Positions 63,883 to 64,000 of a stretch of 64,000 bases of DNA are shown one piece after another (the first letter of the stretch is position 1; each line of letters starts with the position of its first letter). The notes beneath the pieces were generated by a model. It was not told the DNA's origin and made no database searches. It worked only from the letters and a program-made list of their open reading frames with translations. Position numbers and translations under genes: made by a program. Location of the stretch: positions 1-64,000 of the IMG/VR virus record IMGVR_UViG_3300046808_001241. One strand, written 5' to 3'.

Positions 63883-64000
63883 ATGAGTAATATTAATATC
63901 AAATCCATGTTCGATCAAATTAAACAGTCGCTTTCTTCTTCTGACAAGAAAGAAGGAGGCAATGGTCTGTATAAAGAAATTCTTAAATTTTCTGCTGGCA
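63883..64000 (+). CDS. probable ssDNA-binding protein gp32 (5' partial)
   Basis: MSNINIKSMFDQIKQSL...LYKEILKF; assignment mainly from T4 synteny. Confidence 0.45.
   Translation, partial: MSNINIKSMFDQIKQSLSSSDKKEGGNGLYKEILKFSAG

Noticed and set aside
1-64000. Stop-codon reassignment (TAG or TGA recoding)
   Set aside because: Core genes are full length in the standard code, all three stops end genes, and there is no suppressor tRNA. The GTG-TGA at 41085 is a single local case.

Overview
This is a 64-kb segment of a large T4-like (Straboviridae/Kyanoviridae-type) myovirus genome, read in the standard genetic code and almost entirely on the + strand. (1) 1-16 kb is an early accessory array of short genes, visibly more GC-rich up to about 11.5 kb. 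Most of these genes carry their own promoter, TTGACNTGTCC-(12 nt)-[T/G]ANNNT, placed 35-39 nt before the ATG, which implies leaderless mRNAs. I found 28 copies, and the motif's TGA often serves as the upstream gene's stop codon. Operon ends carry TTTCATAAC motifs next to hairpins, exactly complementary to the GTTATGAA start of many of these genes. (2) 16-24 kb holds small hypothetical, YopX, LysM and membrane genes. (3) 24.3-27 kb holds an unidentified pseudoknotted RNA candidate, a tmRNA with a 33-codon tag, ten tRNAs (two more lie at 3.8 and 21.1 kb) and a SemiSWEET/PQ-loop gene. (4) 27-42 kb holds DNA ligase, an Ig-like protein, a lysis cassette containing a tandem PAS/LOV-like gene, DUF932, primase, queD/queE, an NMP kinase, a SET-domain gene missed by the ORF track, and a denA-like nuclease. 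(5) 43-64 kb is the T4 core: uvsY, uvsW, gp55, gp47, six glycosyltransferase-like genes plus a methyltransferase, gp46, another glycosyltransferase, gp43, uvsX, gp41, a DHH protein and the probable start of gp32. All calls come from reading the sequence and recognising motifs; no searches or computations were run.
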